The notes beneath the pieces were generated by a model. It ran no database searches and was not told the origin of the DNA. It saw nothing but the letters and a program-made list of their open reading frames with translations. Shown here in pieces: positions 1 to 9,471 of a stretch of 46,929 nt of DNA (position 1 is its first letter; each line of letters begins with the position of its first letter). Source of the DNA: Cyanophyceae cyanobacterium (GTDB lineage: Bacteria > Cyanobacteriota > Cyanobacteriia > Cyanobacteriales > JBHJGN01); contig JBHJGN010000047.1 in NCBI GenBank assembly GCA_050331735.1, positions 1 to 46,929 on the forward strand. Reading direction: 5' to 3'. A program made the translations under genes and the position numbers.

Positions 1-138
1 ACTACTAAAGACGGAGGGAACACCCGTCTCTGCTAGTGGAGGAAATGTCAGACCAACTCGCGGTCGCAAGACTAAGACAAGGCAATTTCCTGCGAAGCTA
101 GAAACCCCTGCTTCAACGAAGTAAGCAGGGGTAGTTCA
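1..138 (+). mobile_element. Right end of an IS200/IS605-family element / TnpB omega-RNA scaffold
   Basis: Perfect 10-bp subterminal hairpin ACCCCTGCTT(104-113)/AAGCAGGGGT(123-132) followed by AGTTCA(133-138), the typical IS605 right-end layout. The exact end could be 138 or 139. Confidence 0.75.
2..124 (+). CDS. tnpB: 3' tail of IS200/IS605-family TnpB (partial, runs in from the left edge)
   Basis: Open frame from nt 2 reads LLKTEGTPVSASGGNVRPTRGRKTKTRQFPAKLETPASTK* (TAA 122-124). This resembles the low-complexity C-terminal tail of cyanobacterial TnpB that overlaps the omega-RNA. Not in the ORF track; RuvC motifs are outside the window. Confidence 0.75.
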   Translation, partial: LLKTEGTPVSASGGNVRPTRGRKTKTRQFPAKLETPASTK

Positions 139-150
139 TGCGATCGCTTT

Positions 151-1317
151 ATGAATATACTGACAGCCGTTACCGTTCTCTCTTTAACAATTTGGGGATA
201 TTTACTCGGCTTTAGAGGACAATTTTGGCGAGCTAATCAGCGTCTTGAAGAAGACACAACTCCGTTACAGTCCGCCCCTTCGCTGTGTGTGATTGTGCCA
301 GCCCGCAATGAAGCCGAATTGCTGCCCGTCACCCTGCGATCGCTTCTCACTCAAGACTATCCAGCCCTATCCGTCGTTCTGGTTGATGATGGTAGTACGG
401 ACGGAACCGCTCAAGTCGCTCAAGAAGTTGCTAATAGCTTACAGTCTCAGCGGCTCACTGTCATTGCTGCTAAACCGCTGCCTCCCGGATGGACAGGAAA
501 GCTATGGGCGATGCACCAGGGCATCGATTATGCCCAGCAGTCGTTTTCTCCTAATTATTTTCTGCTTACCGATGCCGATATTGAACACCACAGCGAGAAT
601 GTGCTTGAACTTGTTACCAAAGCAGAAACAGAAGATTTAGATTTAGTCTCGTTGATGGTGCTGCTGCGGTGTCAGAGTGTTTGGGAGAAGTTGTTAATTC
701 CCGCCTTTGTGTTTTTCTTTCAAAAACTCTATCCCTTCCCACTCGTCAATCAGCCCCACAGTAAAATAGCCGCTGCTGCTGGCGGCTGTATTCTGATTCG
801 TCGCCAAGCACTCAAGAGCATTGGCGGTATACCAGCCGTTCGCCAAGCGTTGATCGATGACTGCGCCCTCGCTCAAGCGGTTAAATCCTCTCCAACACGG
901 GGGAAAATCTGGCTCGGACTAACCCAGTCTACGCGCAGCCTGCGCCCCTATCCAACGCTGAACACTATTTGGGAAATGGTAGCCCGGACTGCCTTCACCC
1001 AACTCCACTACTCGCCGCTGCTGTTGGTGGGTACGCTCTTAGGCATGACTTTAGTTTATCTAGTGCCGCCAATTGTCCTCGTCTGGGGAATCATCACGGG
1101 AACTGGGGTAATTGCTGTGGCGGGTTTAATAGCTTGGCTACTCATGGCGATCGCCTATACGCCCACTCTCCGACTATATCAAATCTCGCCGCTGTGGGCT
1201 GTGAGTTTGCCCGTGATCGCTTTTTTGTACACCTTAATGACCCTAGATTCTGCCCGATGCCACTGGCAAGGACAAGGCGGTGCTTGGAAAGGACGAGTCT
1301 ATTCAGGCAAAGCTTAA
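151..1317 (+). CDS. hpnB: Hopanoid-associated GT2 glycosyltransferase (HpnB-like)
   Basis: GT2 motifs IVPARNE, VDDGSTD, LTDAD; WTGKLWA, LIPAFVFFFQKLYPF, ALIDDC and WKGR; N- and C-terminal TM helices. Confidence 0.85.
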   Translation: MNILTAVTVLSLTIWGYLLGFRGQFWRANQRLEEDTTPLQSAPSLCVIVPARNEAELLPVTLRSLLTQDYPALSVVLVDDGSTDGTAQVAQEVANSLQSQRLTVIAAKPLPPGWTGKLWAMHQGIDYAQQSFSPNYFLLTDADIEHHSENVLELVTKAETEDLDLVSLMVLLRCQSVWEKLLIPAFVFFFQKLYPFPLVNQPHSKIAAAAGGCILIRRQALKSIGGIPAVRQALIDDCALAQAVKSSPTRGKIWLGLTQSTRSLRPYPTLNTIWEMVARTAFTQLHYSPLLLVGTLLGMTLVYLVPPIVLVWGIITGTGVIAVAGLIAWLLMAIAYTPTLRLYQISPLWAVSLPVIAFLYTLMTLDSARCHWQGQGGAWKGRVYSGKA

Positions 1318-1363
1318 GACCATTTTTTAGGAGAGTACTGTGTAGATTGAGGAAAGGGAGACA

Positions 1364-2047
1364 CTAAATCACGTCTACTCTTGAAAATACTTGAGTTGTT
1401 ACCTGCTGTAGTTTTTTTAGTCCTCGGATAGACCCCTGAATAAGTTTTGCTGCCGCTAGCGGCTGTTTAAGGAAGGCTAGGGTGAGCGAAATAAACTCAA
1501 GCGAGCCATCGACACCGATTGCCGGATTGAGATCGGGCAGATCGTGCTCACAGACATCGCTGACAACTCGTACCATCGCCACCGCCATTCCGGTTTGGGA
1601 AAGAATTTCAAGAGCGGCAAATCCTTCCATATCCACTACATCGGCTTGGTAGTCCCGTCCTAAGCGCTGCTTGTGAGCACTCGACCATACAAAGCGATCG
1701 CTCATTACCCCCTGTACTAGAGGGACGTTGAGTTGCTGATGTAGAACAGCAGTCAGAGGGCGATCGCAGTCCCGCTGGGCAGCGGTAGCCGCATCAATAC
1801 AGCCACGATAAAGCACCGTATCTCCTAAATTCCCAGCAGGCCATAAACTACCGCACAGTCCCATCAGTAAGATTCTTGGCTGAGTCGTCCCTATCGGTGC
1901 TGACCACGATTTAAGATAGGCGGTGAGCGGTTTAGCTCCCATCGGAATCGGGATAACGGCTGGATGGGTGACATTAGCTCGCTTCAGTCCTCGACAAACC
2001 GCCCAATGTTCAGCGCCTTGGGGAACCAAGACAGCATCAATCCGCAT
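1364..2047 (-). CDS. Nucleoside phosphorylase superfamily (PNP/UDP) protein, possibly HpnG-like
   Basis: LMGLCGSL, VVDMEG and VRVVSD motifs of the PNP_UDP_1 fold; convergent with hpnB. Confidence 0.75.
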   Translation of the reverse strand: MRIDAVLVPQGAEHWAVCRGLKRANVTHPAVIPIPMGAKPLTAYLKSWSAPIGTTQPRILLMGLCGSLWPAGNLGDTVLYRGCIDAATAAQRDCDRPLTAVLHQQLNVPLVQGVMSDRFVWSSAHKQRLGRDYQADVVDMEGFAALEILSQTGMAVAMVRVVSDVCEHDLPDLNPAIGVDGSLEFISLTLAFLKQPLAAAKLIQGSIRGLKKLQQVTTQVFSRVDVI

Positions 2048-2450
2048 TCAATAATGGCTCTCATCTGCTGTACTGGCGCTATTTTAGAGCGAAAAGGAAG
2101 TTTGATACAGCCAGCAGAATTTTTCAATCTCTCCTGCCCAAAGTTAGAGAAAGCCGCAGAGCTTTCATTTAAAATTTCCTCAGCTATTCTACGCTCTAGC
2201 TGTCAAAAATTGTCTTTACATTACCAAGAATTTACTCGGCCTGGAAGTAAATTAAGTTTCTAAATTGGGTACGCTAACTTACGAATGGTTAGACGAAGTT
2301 GCTAATGTAATTCCTCTATCCTTTTCTTGCTTCAAAGAGCAATGTTCTCTAAGAGCGACTGCGAACGAAGAGAATTCGCTGATAACTATTCGTCTTGCTT
2401 TTGCCTGTTCAGGACTCAGCAATTTATTTTGTCATTGCCGTACCATCTTC

Positions 2451-4961
2451 ATGAGTAATTCTCAGTCTGTCACTCACTTACTAGTTATTGAGGAGCCGGA
2501 GTATCAGCATCAGATTACTCTCGAAGAAAATACCTATTCCATTGGTCGGCATTCAAGTAACTCCATTGTGCTGCTCTCTCGGGTTGTTTCTCGCTACCAC
2601 GCAACTTTGCTGCGGGTTAAGTATCCAGAAGAGCACCGGGAAACTTTTTGGCTGATCGATGGCGATTTACAGGGCAAAAGAAGCGTCAACGGCGTATTTG
2701 TGAATGGCAAACAGTGCTTATCTCACGAACTGCAAAACGGAGATGTAATTACCTTTGGTGGTAAGGTCCAAGCTACGTACCTCATTGCTGATTCAACATC
2801 AAGTGAACCAAAACCGACAAAACAGCCGCCGCGGCTAAAAGAAAGGTCTAAAGACGAAGACAACATCATCACCGCGGTCGCCTCTGTCGATAAACTGAGC
2901 GAGTTAGGTCAAGAGTTCTTATTTCAGTTGGCTCGCTTTCCTCAACTGCTGCCTCATCCGGTAATCGAAATCAATTTACAAGGAGAAATTACCTACATTA
3001 ATGCCGAGGCCAAACAGCAATTTGCCGAGGTTCTAGTAGCCAAGCTCAATCATCCCCTCCTCAAAGGAGTGCTCGATCATGTTGGCAGCAGTGCAGAAAC
3101 TCTCTTTGTCCGCGAAGTCAAAATTGGGACAGATGTTTTTGAACAGTATCTTCACTATCTAGCTGAAGAACAGGCGATTAGAAGCTATATTTTTAACTTC
3201 ACCCAGCGCAAACAAATAGAGTCAGCTCTTTGGGAGAGCGAGGAACGCTATCGGGCTGTCGTCAGACAAATTTCGGAAGGCATTTTCCTCGTTGATGCCC
3301 AAAGTAAGGAAATTATCGAAGCCAATGCTGCCTATTGCGAGCTTCTCGGGTATTCGCCCCAAGCGCTTCTCAAGCTGACTCTCTACGATGTCACAACATT
3401 AGACCGCGAGATCGTCGATAGCGAACTAGAGCGGATTCTCACTAAAAAGCTCGATCTAGTGGTTGAAACGGTCAACCGCCGACAAGACGGGTCTCTAGTC
3501 GATGTAGAGGTTGGCATTAGCACGATTTCCTACGGCGGACAAGAGGTGCTGTGCTTTGCGGTGCGAGATATTACCGAACGGAAGCGATCGCAAGCGAAGC
3601 TTCAGTACCAGGCGTTTCACGACGTGCTCACCGATCTCCCCAACCGCATTCTGTTTAATAAGCGCCTCTCAGAAGCGATAGACAGCGCCAAGCGAGAGCA
3701 GCGTCTGATGGCGGTGATGTTTCTCGACCTCGACCGCTTCAAAAACATTAATGATACTCTCGGTCATGCTGTTGGCGATCGGCTTTTAAAAGCCTTTGCC
3801 GAACGGGTTAATTTTTGCCTGCGTTCAGGAGATACGGTAGCGCGTTGGGGAGGAGATGAATTTACCATCCTGCTTCCACAAATCAGCGATATTAAGTATG
3901 TGGCAAAAGTTAGTGAGAGAATCTTAAGGTCTCTGGAGCAACCGTTCAAAATTGATGCTCATCAACTGCACATTAAAAGCAGCATTGGCATGGCTCTCTA
4001 TCCCCAAGACGGCAGAGACGGTGAATCTCTCCTCAAAAATGCGGATGCGGCTCTGTATCAAACCAAAAAACAGGGTCGCGGTCACTACCAGTTTTACACT
4101 CCTTCGATGACTTTCATGGCGAGTGCGATGTTAAAGCTGGAAAACTCTCTGCACAAGGCCCTAGAGCAGCAAGAACTCTCCCTGGTTTATCAGCCTCAGA
4201 TCAACATCAAAAGTGGCAAAATCTACGGCATGGAAGCCTTGCTGCGCTGGCAACATCCCGAACTAGGACAGGTATTGCCCAGCAAATTTATTTCCCTAGC
4301 AGAAGAATCTAATTTGATTATTCCCATCGGAGAATGGGTGCTGCAAACGGCCTGCGCTCAAAACCAAGCCTGGCAAGAAGCCGGATATCCAACGATGCGG
4401 ATGGCGGTGAATTTGTCTACCCAGCAGTTTCGCAAATCTAATCTACCAGCAACCGTATCGCAGGTTTTGGCTCAAACAGGACTCAATCCTGAGCTGCTAG
4501 AGTTAGAAATTACCGAAACGACCCTAGTGCATAATGTCGATCTTGCTCGCAAAGCTCTGCAAGATTTGCGAGATTTGGGAGTCCGCGTCTCGATGGATGA
4601 TTTTGGCACGGGCTACTCCTCGCTAAGCTATCTCAAACAGTTTCCTTTCCACACTCTCAAGATCGACCAGTCTTTTGTGCGAGAACTCACTGAAAATTCC
4701 CAGGATCGGGCCATCATTTCAGCGGTGATTGTATTAGGGCGCGGGTTCAATTTAAGAGTGGTGGCTGAAGGAGTGGAAACAAAAGAGCAGATGCAGCTCC
4801 TCCAGCATCTTGAATGCGAAGAGATGCAGGGATTTTGGTTTAGCCGTCCTCTCAGCGCTCAAGAGGCTACTCAGCTACTCGCTCGCAATCAACAGTTTGT
4901 CCTTGAAAAGGCAGAAGGCACTCCCCATGCCGGCACGAGGGATTCAGGGACGACTGATTAA
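2451..4961 (+). CDS. FHA-PAS-GGDEF-EAL c-di-GMP synthase/phosphodiesterase
   Basis: FHA (IGRH, SRYHA, SVNGVFVNG), PAS ending RDITERK, intact RWGGDEF, EAL (MEALLRW, DDFGTGYSSL, AEGVE). ATG 2451 preferred over the track's TTG 2265 because the extension is not domain-like. Confidence 0.92.
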   Translation: MSNSQSVTHLLVIEEPEYQHQITLEENTYSIGRHSSNSIVLLSRVVSRYHATLLRVKYPEEHRETFWLIDGDLQGKRSVNGVFVNGKQCLSHELQNGDVITFGGKVQATYLIADSTSSEPKPTKQPPRLKERSKDEDNIITAVASVDKLSELGQEFLFQLARFPQLLPHPVIEINLQGEITYINAEAKQQFAEVLVAKLNHPLLKGVLDHVGSSAETLFVREVKIGTDVFEQYLHYLAEEQAIRSYIFNFTQRKQIESALWESEERYRAVVRQISEGIFLVDAQSKEIIEANAAYCELLGYSPQALLKLTLYDVTTLDREIVDSELERILTKKLDLVVETVNRRQDGSLVDVEVGISTISYGGQEVLCFAVRDITERKRSQAKLQYQAFHDVLTDLPNRILFNKRLSEAIDSAKREQRLMAVMFLDLDRFKNINDTLGHAVGDRLLKAFAERVNFCLRSGDTVARWGGDEFTILLPQISDIKYVAKVSERILRSLEQPFKIDAHQLHIKSSIGMALYPQDGRDGESLLKNADAALYQTKKQGRGHYQFYTPSMTFMASAMLKLENSLHKALEQQELSLVYQPQINIKSGKIYGMEALLRWQHPELGQVLPSKFISLAEESNLIIPIGEWVLQTACAQNQAWQEAGYPTMRMAVNLSTQQFRKSNLPATVSQVLAQTGLNPELLELEITETTLVHNVDLARKALQDLRDLGVRVSMDDFGTGYSSLSYLKQFPFHTLKIDQSFVRELTENSQDRAIISAVIVLGRGFNLRVVAEGVETKEQMQLLQHLECEEMQGFWFSRPLSAQEATQLLARNQQFVLEKAEGTPHAGTRDSGTTD

Positions 4962-5237
4962 AACGACGGGCTCTTGTTTCAAGGGTTTCTGCCTCTCTAC
5001 GCCTCTCTCCTGCCCCCTGTCCTCTGCCTGCGAGCGCAATAAACGTCGGTTAACGTTCACAGTTTCTGTTCCTGATTAATTGTCGATTGCCCGCTGACAG
5101 ACACAAATTGGCTAGGCTCTCTTGTAGATCGCTAAAAGTATAGATTACAACAGAAGTACCCCAAGAAAGCTACCTAACGATACAAAAACACTTCCAGAGC
5201 TTGGTACGATAATTGCTGGCAGTGAAATAAATTCAGT

Positions 5238-6404
5238 ATGAGTATACCTACAGATGGAATTGCGCCACATGGCGGTCAATTGATTAATCGTGTTGCTTCC
5301 TCCGCCGAACGTCAGGAATTTCTCGCTCAGGGTGAGAAGTTGCCAAGAGTTCAGCTTGATCTGCGAGCCACCTCCGATTTGGTCATGATTGCCATCGGTG
5401 GATTTAGTCCCCTCAACGGCTTTATGGAACAGGCTGACTATGAAAAGGTCGTCGATGACATGCGCTTAGTCAACGGCACTCCTTGGTCAGTCCCAATTAC
5501 GCTTTCGGTGAGCGAAGAGGTTGCTGAGCCGCTGCAAGAAGGAAGCTGGGTCCGTTTAGACGATCCGCACGGAAAATTTGTGGGAGTCTTAGAGCTTACC
5601 CAAAAGTATCGCTACAACAAAACCCATGAAGCCGTTAACGTTTATCGAACGGATGAGGATAAACATCCTGGAGTTAAAGTTGTCTACGAGCAGGGTCCGC
5701 TCAATCTGGCTGGTCCAATTTGGCTGCTAGAGCGAGAACCTCATTCTCTATTTCCGAAATATCAGATCGATCCGGCGCAATCCCGGCAGCTATTTGCTGA
5801 AAAAGGATGGAAAACCATCGTCGGCTTTCAAACCCGCAACCCAATCCACCGCGCCCACGAGTATATTCAAAAGTGCGCTCTGGAAACAGTCGATGGCTTA
5901 TTTCTCCATCCGCTGGTGGGCGCGACCAAAAGCGACGATATTCCAGCAGACGTGCGGATGCGCTGTTATGAAATCATGATGGAAAAATATTTTCCTCAAG
6001 AGCGAGTGATTTTGGCGATTAATCCTTCGGCAATGCGCTACGCGGGTCCAAGAGAAGCGATCTTTCATGCCTTAATCCGCAAAAACTATGGCTGTACGCA
6101 CTTCATTGTCGGGCGAGATCATGCGGGCGTTGGCGACTATTACGGTACCTACGATGCGCAACACATCTTTGACGAATTTACTCCCGATGAATTAGGCATT
6201 GTGCCCATGAAGTTTGAGCATGCCTTTTACTGCACTCGGACCGAGCAGATGGCCACGACAAAGACAAGTCCGAGCACCAAAGAGGAGCGGGTTCATCTCT
6301 CGGGAACGAAGGTAAGAGAAATGCTGCGACGAGGCGAGATGCCTCCACGGGAGTTTTCGCGACCGGAAGTAGCGGCAGAGCTAGCCAGAGCGATGCACCG
6401 TTGA
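5238..6404 (+). CDS. sat: Sulfate adenylyltransferase (ATP sulfurylase)
   Basis: [38 protein letters not shown] and LSGTKVR signature motifs. Confidence 0.98.
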   Translation: MSIPTDGIAPHGGQLINRVASSAERQEFLAQGEKLPRVQLDLRATSDLVMIAIGGFSPLNGFMEQADYEKVVDDMRLVNGTPWSVPITLSVSEEVAEPLQEGSWVRLDDPHGKFVGVLELTQKYRYNKTHEAVNVYRTDEDKHPGVKVVYEQGPLNLAGPIWLLEREPHSLFPKYQIDPAQSRQLFAEKGWKTIVGFQTRNPIHRAHEYIQKCALETVDGLFLHPLVGATKSDDIPADVRMRCYEIMMEKYFPQERVILAINPSAMRYAGPREAIFHALIRKNYGCTHFIVGRDHAGVGDYYGTYDAQHIFDEFTPDELGIVPMKFEHAFYCTRTEQMATTKTSPSTKEERVHLSGTKVREMLRRGEMPPREFSRPEVAAELARAMHR

Positions 6405-6775
6405 GGAAGAGCGAGAGCGATGGGGACTGAGCAGTGCCTTCCGGCGCTCCTGTGTGTCGCTTGATTTAGATAGCTGACATTCACAATAAAAGGCTTAACG
6501 GTCTATCGGTGAGGAATACAGGCGCAGAAATGAGAAGGAATGCTCTGGACGCTCACTAGCTTTCAGTCCGCCCTGCTCTCGCGAACTTTTGGGCAACCGC
6601 TTCCACTCAATAGAAGTGTTGACGCTTAGTCGGAATCTACTGTCAGCAACCGAACAGTTTGATTTGTCCGCAGAAGACGGGCAAACGGTAGCTGTCTGTT
6701 CTGTGGCAGTGACGACAATCAGCTTTCGTCCGCTCCCAATCATGGGGACCGTCGCAGTACCCTGGAGGTTTTTCA

Positions 6776-9022
6776 ATGAAATTTAATCGGCGTACGCTGC
6801 TGCAGCAGGCTAGCTTAACCTTACTCACCCTCGGAGTCAGTCAAGCAACCGGGCAGAAAGCCTGGAGTGCTCCGATCCAGCGCTATCTAGAAACTCTCGC
6901 TCAGCCCAGCACTCGGAAGTTAGCGTTACTGGTAGGAGTCAATGAATACCCAAACAGCATTAATCTCAGTGGTTGTGTGACTGATGTCGAGCTCCAGAAA
7001 GAACTGCTGACCAGCCGCTTTGGCTTTAATGCCGCAGATATTTTGACCCTCACCGGTCAACAAGCGACCAGAAAGAATATCGAAGCCGCTTTTAGCGAAC
7101 ACCTGGCGCAGCAGGCCGCCGCCGATGATATTGCCGTCTTTCACTTCAGCGGATACGGGAGGAGAGTCAAATCTGCCGGGACTTCCGACGAGGCTCGGTT
7201 TGTCAATAGTTTAGTTCCGAGCGACGGGTCTCCGTCGGCTCAAAACCAGCTAGCTAACGATCTGCTCGAAGACACGCTGTTGTTGCTAGCGCGATCGCTC
7301 CCGACCCAACGATTAACCATCGTGCTCGATACCAGCTACACCAGCAGCAGTAACCCGCTGCAAGGCAACCTCAGAGTACGCTCCTATCCCCATCTGTCCT
7401 CCCGCCAGCTCAACCCAGAAGAACTCACTTTTCAAGAGCAGCTTCAAAGCCAGCTCAAGCGACGGCCCTTGGCAGGGACAGAGCCCATTCCCGGAATGGT
7501 TCTGCTAGCAGCCGGGGAAGATCAGATCGCTACAGAAGCAGAGTGGCAGGGCTTCAGTGCTGGCTTGTTTACCTACGCTTTAACTCAGTCTCTGTGGCAG
7601 GCCACCCCAGCCAGCACCGTCTTCGTGAGTTTGGGACGAGCGGCAGAGCAGGTTGAGCGCTTACTCAATAAACAGCAGCCTCAGCTCAAAGCCCGCAGCA
7701 AGCAACTGTTTCCGTATTATCAAAGTCCCCAAGACTGGACGGGAGCAGAAGGCACCATCTTAGCCGTAGATGACCCCGTAACAGCTCAGGTGTCGCTCGC
7801 TGGACTGCCAGCCCGAATTGTAGAGAACTACGGTCTCAGTTCCTGTATGACGCTGGTATCGTCGTCGGAGGAGAAGTCAGCTTCGCCTCCGCAGGCTCTT
7901 CAGCTACGCTCCCGAGAAGGACTCAACGCCAAAGCTCGCCTCATTAAACCACCGGCTGACACTGCTCTACAGGTTGGCCAGCTCGTTCAAGAATGGATCC
8001 GGATGCTGCCCCGCAATCTCGGGTTAACGGTGGCTTTGAGTAACAATATGGAGAGAATTGAGCGGGTCGATGCCACTAGCGCTTTTTCTAGCATTGCGGC
8101 TGTTACTTCTGTGGTCACAGCCGGAGAACCGGCGGACTGTCTACTCGGAAAAACGGCCTTACCGTCTCAGACTCAGGCAGAGTCTACTGAGGAGAATCAA
8201 GCGGCGACGATCAGCTATCGGCTGTTAACGATTGGGGGAGTTCCAATTGCCAATACGAATGGGGCTAGTGAGGCCGTCAAGTCGGCGGTGCGGCGGCTCG
8301 TTCCCGCTCTTAAAACCTTGTTGGCAGCAAAGCTGTGGGGATTAACCAATAACGAGGGCTCTTCTCGCCTAGCCGTCAGGGCGACGCTCTCTCAGGTGGA
8401 CTCCAAACAGCCAATCGTTGAGCGCCGGACTCACCGCTCACTGGCGCCTGGGCGCTCTAGCCCCGCTTTAGGCACTGGGGGACGCGAACCGCGATCGCCT
8501 GAGCGCGATCCGTTTATTCCTCAGCTCGCTATCGGCAGTCAGATTCAATATCAGCTAGAAAATATCAGCGATCGTCCCCTCCATATTATGGTTTTAGGAC
8601 TCGATTCGGGCGGCAATGCGATCGCCCTCTACTCTCCCCAAACGCGCACTAACGGCAAGGACGGAGATCGGCTCCGCGAGCGCGTCATTGCTCCGGGAGC
8701 GACCATTACAGTTCCCAACCCCACTGATTCAATAGACTGGAAAATCGAGGGACCGCCGGGGACAGCAGAAATCCAGCTAATTTTTTCTCAAGCACCCTTT
8801 ACCAAAACGTTCAAGGCTCTCTTGGCTCAGCAGCAGCTTAAGAGCGACAAAGAACAAACCCTGGATATTCCGAATGCCCTCAGCGTTGCACAGGCGTTGC
8901 TAGAGGATCTGCACGTTGCTAGTCGAGTGCCTCTAGACATTCTAGAAACGGCCAAAGAAGATGTCTATGCCCTAGATGTCAATGCCTGGGCAAGCTTGAA
9001 CTTTGTTTATCAGGTTGTGTAG
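6776..9022 (+). CDS. Peptidase C14 caspase-like protein (pseudo-orthocaspase) with Tat signal and C-terminal DUF4384-like domain
   Basis: NRRTLL Tat motif; KLALLVGVNEY, LSGCVTDV, HFSGYG (catalytic His to Tyr), VLDTSY (catalytic Cys to Ser), GLFTYAL. Confidence 0.88.
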   Translation: MKFNRRTLLQQASLTLLTLGVSQATGQKAWSAPIQRYLETLAQPSTRKLALLVGVNEYPNSINLSGCVTDVELQKELLTSRFGFNAADILTLTGQQATRKNIEAAFSEHLAQQAAADDIAVFHFSGYGRRVKSAGTSDEARFVNSLVPSDGSPSAQNQLANDLLEDTLLLLARSLPTQRLTIVLDTSYTSSSNPLQGNLRVRSYPHLSSRQLNPEELTFQEQLQSQLKRRPLAGTEPIPGMVLLAAGEDQIATEAEWQGFSAGLFTYALTQSLWQATPASTVFVSLGRAAEQVERLLNKQQPQLKARSKQLFPYYQSPQDWTGAEGTILAVDDPVTAQVSLAGLPARIVENYGLSSCMTLVSSSEEKSASPPQALQLRSREGLNAKARLIKPPADTALQVGQLVQEWIRMLPRNLGLTVALSNNMERIERVDATSAFSSIAAVTSVVTAGEPADCLLGKTALPSQTQAESTEENQAATISYRLLTIGGVPIANTNGASEAVKSAVRRLVPALKTLLAAKLWGLTNNEGSSRLAVRATLSQVDSKQPIVERRTHRSLAPGRSSPALGTGGREPRSPERDPFIPQLAIGSQIQYQLENISDRPLHIMVLGLDSGGNAIALYSPQTRTNGKDGDRLRERVIAPGATITVPNPTDSIDWKIEGPPGTAEIQLIFSQAPFTKTFKALLAQQQLKSDKEQTLDIPNALSVAQALLEDLHVASRVPLDILETAKEDVYALDVNAWASLNFVYQVV

Positions 9023-9024
9023 CG

Positions 9025-9063
9025 GTGCGATGATTCTCCCTGGCTGAGGCTTAGTCATCGCAC
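9025..9063. terminator. Hairpin between convergent genes, possible bidirectional terminator or processing site
   Basis: GTGCGATGA(9025-9033)/TCATCGCAC(9055-9063) 9-bp perfect stem; no U-tract. Confidence 0.3.
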
Positions 9064-9118
9064 TACCCTGATCGAAGAGTGGGCGAAAGCCCTCACCGAA
9101 AGCTGGAGGATAGCGGAA

Positions 9119-9430
9119 TTATTCCTCATCCAGTTCCCAAATTTCTACCCCAATTGCCTCTCCAGACTGAGTATCAATAATCACAGGGTCTTCGACAATA
9201 TCAATTTCCTCGGGAAGCTCTAAAGGAGTTGTATGATCGGCGGTGTTAGGAGTGCTGACATCTTGATTGATATCCTCAGAGAGTTCATCGAGGCGCTCCT
9301 CTTGATACTCAAACAGGTCTGTATCTGAGGCTTCTGGAGGTCTCGACTCAACCTGGAGGCGATCGCTACTCCACCCTGGCCCGGTGGAAAGTCCTGCCAG
9401 CACGATGAAAACCGTTAAGAGAGTCTTCAT
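9119..9430 (-). CDS. Small acidic secreted hypothetical protein
   Basis: ATG 9430 gives the signal-peptide-like MKTLLTVFIVLAGLSTG followed by a D/E-rich region; co-oriented 41 nt downstream of the diguanylate cyclase. Confidence 0.65.
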   Translation of the reverse strand: MKTLLTVFIVLAGLSTGPGWSSDRLQVESRPPEASDTDLFEYQEERLDELSEDINQDVSTPNTADHTTPLELPEEIDIVEDPVIIDTQSGEAIGVEIWELDEE

Positions 9431-9471
9431 AGCATCTCTCCTGAATTTTAGCAATCAGTTTAAGTCTGCTT

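Noticed and set aside
1..138. IStron (group I intron-IS605 hybrid) that would splice out of the hpnB leader
   Set aside because: No group I core elements are visible and the 5' portion is outside the window, so it cannot be supported.
2265..2450. N-terminal extension of the FHA-GGDEF-EAL protein, and similar extensions at 22358-22456 and 42396-42482
   Set aside because: Non-ATG starts and non-domain-like sequence; the downstream ATGs fit the domain boundaries better.
5238..6404. sat as a dedicated PAPS supplier for the sulfotransferases
   Set aside because: It is about 38 kb away, housekeeping-type, and has no cysC beside it; proximity is probably incidental.
6405..6775. ORFs or ncRNA in the sat-caspase intergenic region
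   Set aside because: Several overlapping short ORFs without motifs and no convincing promoter-terminator pair.
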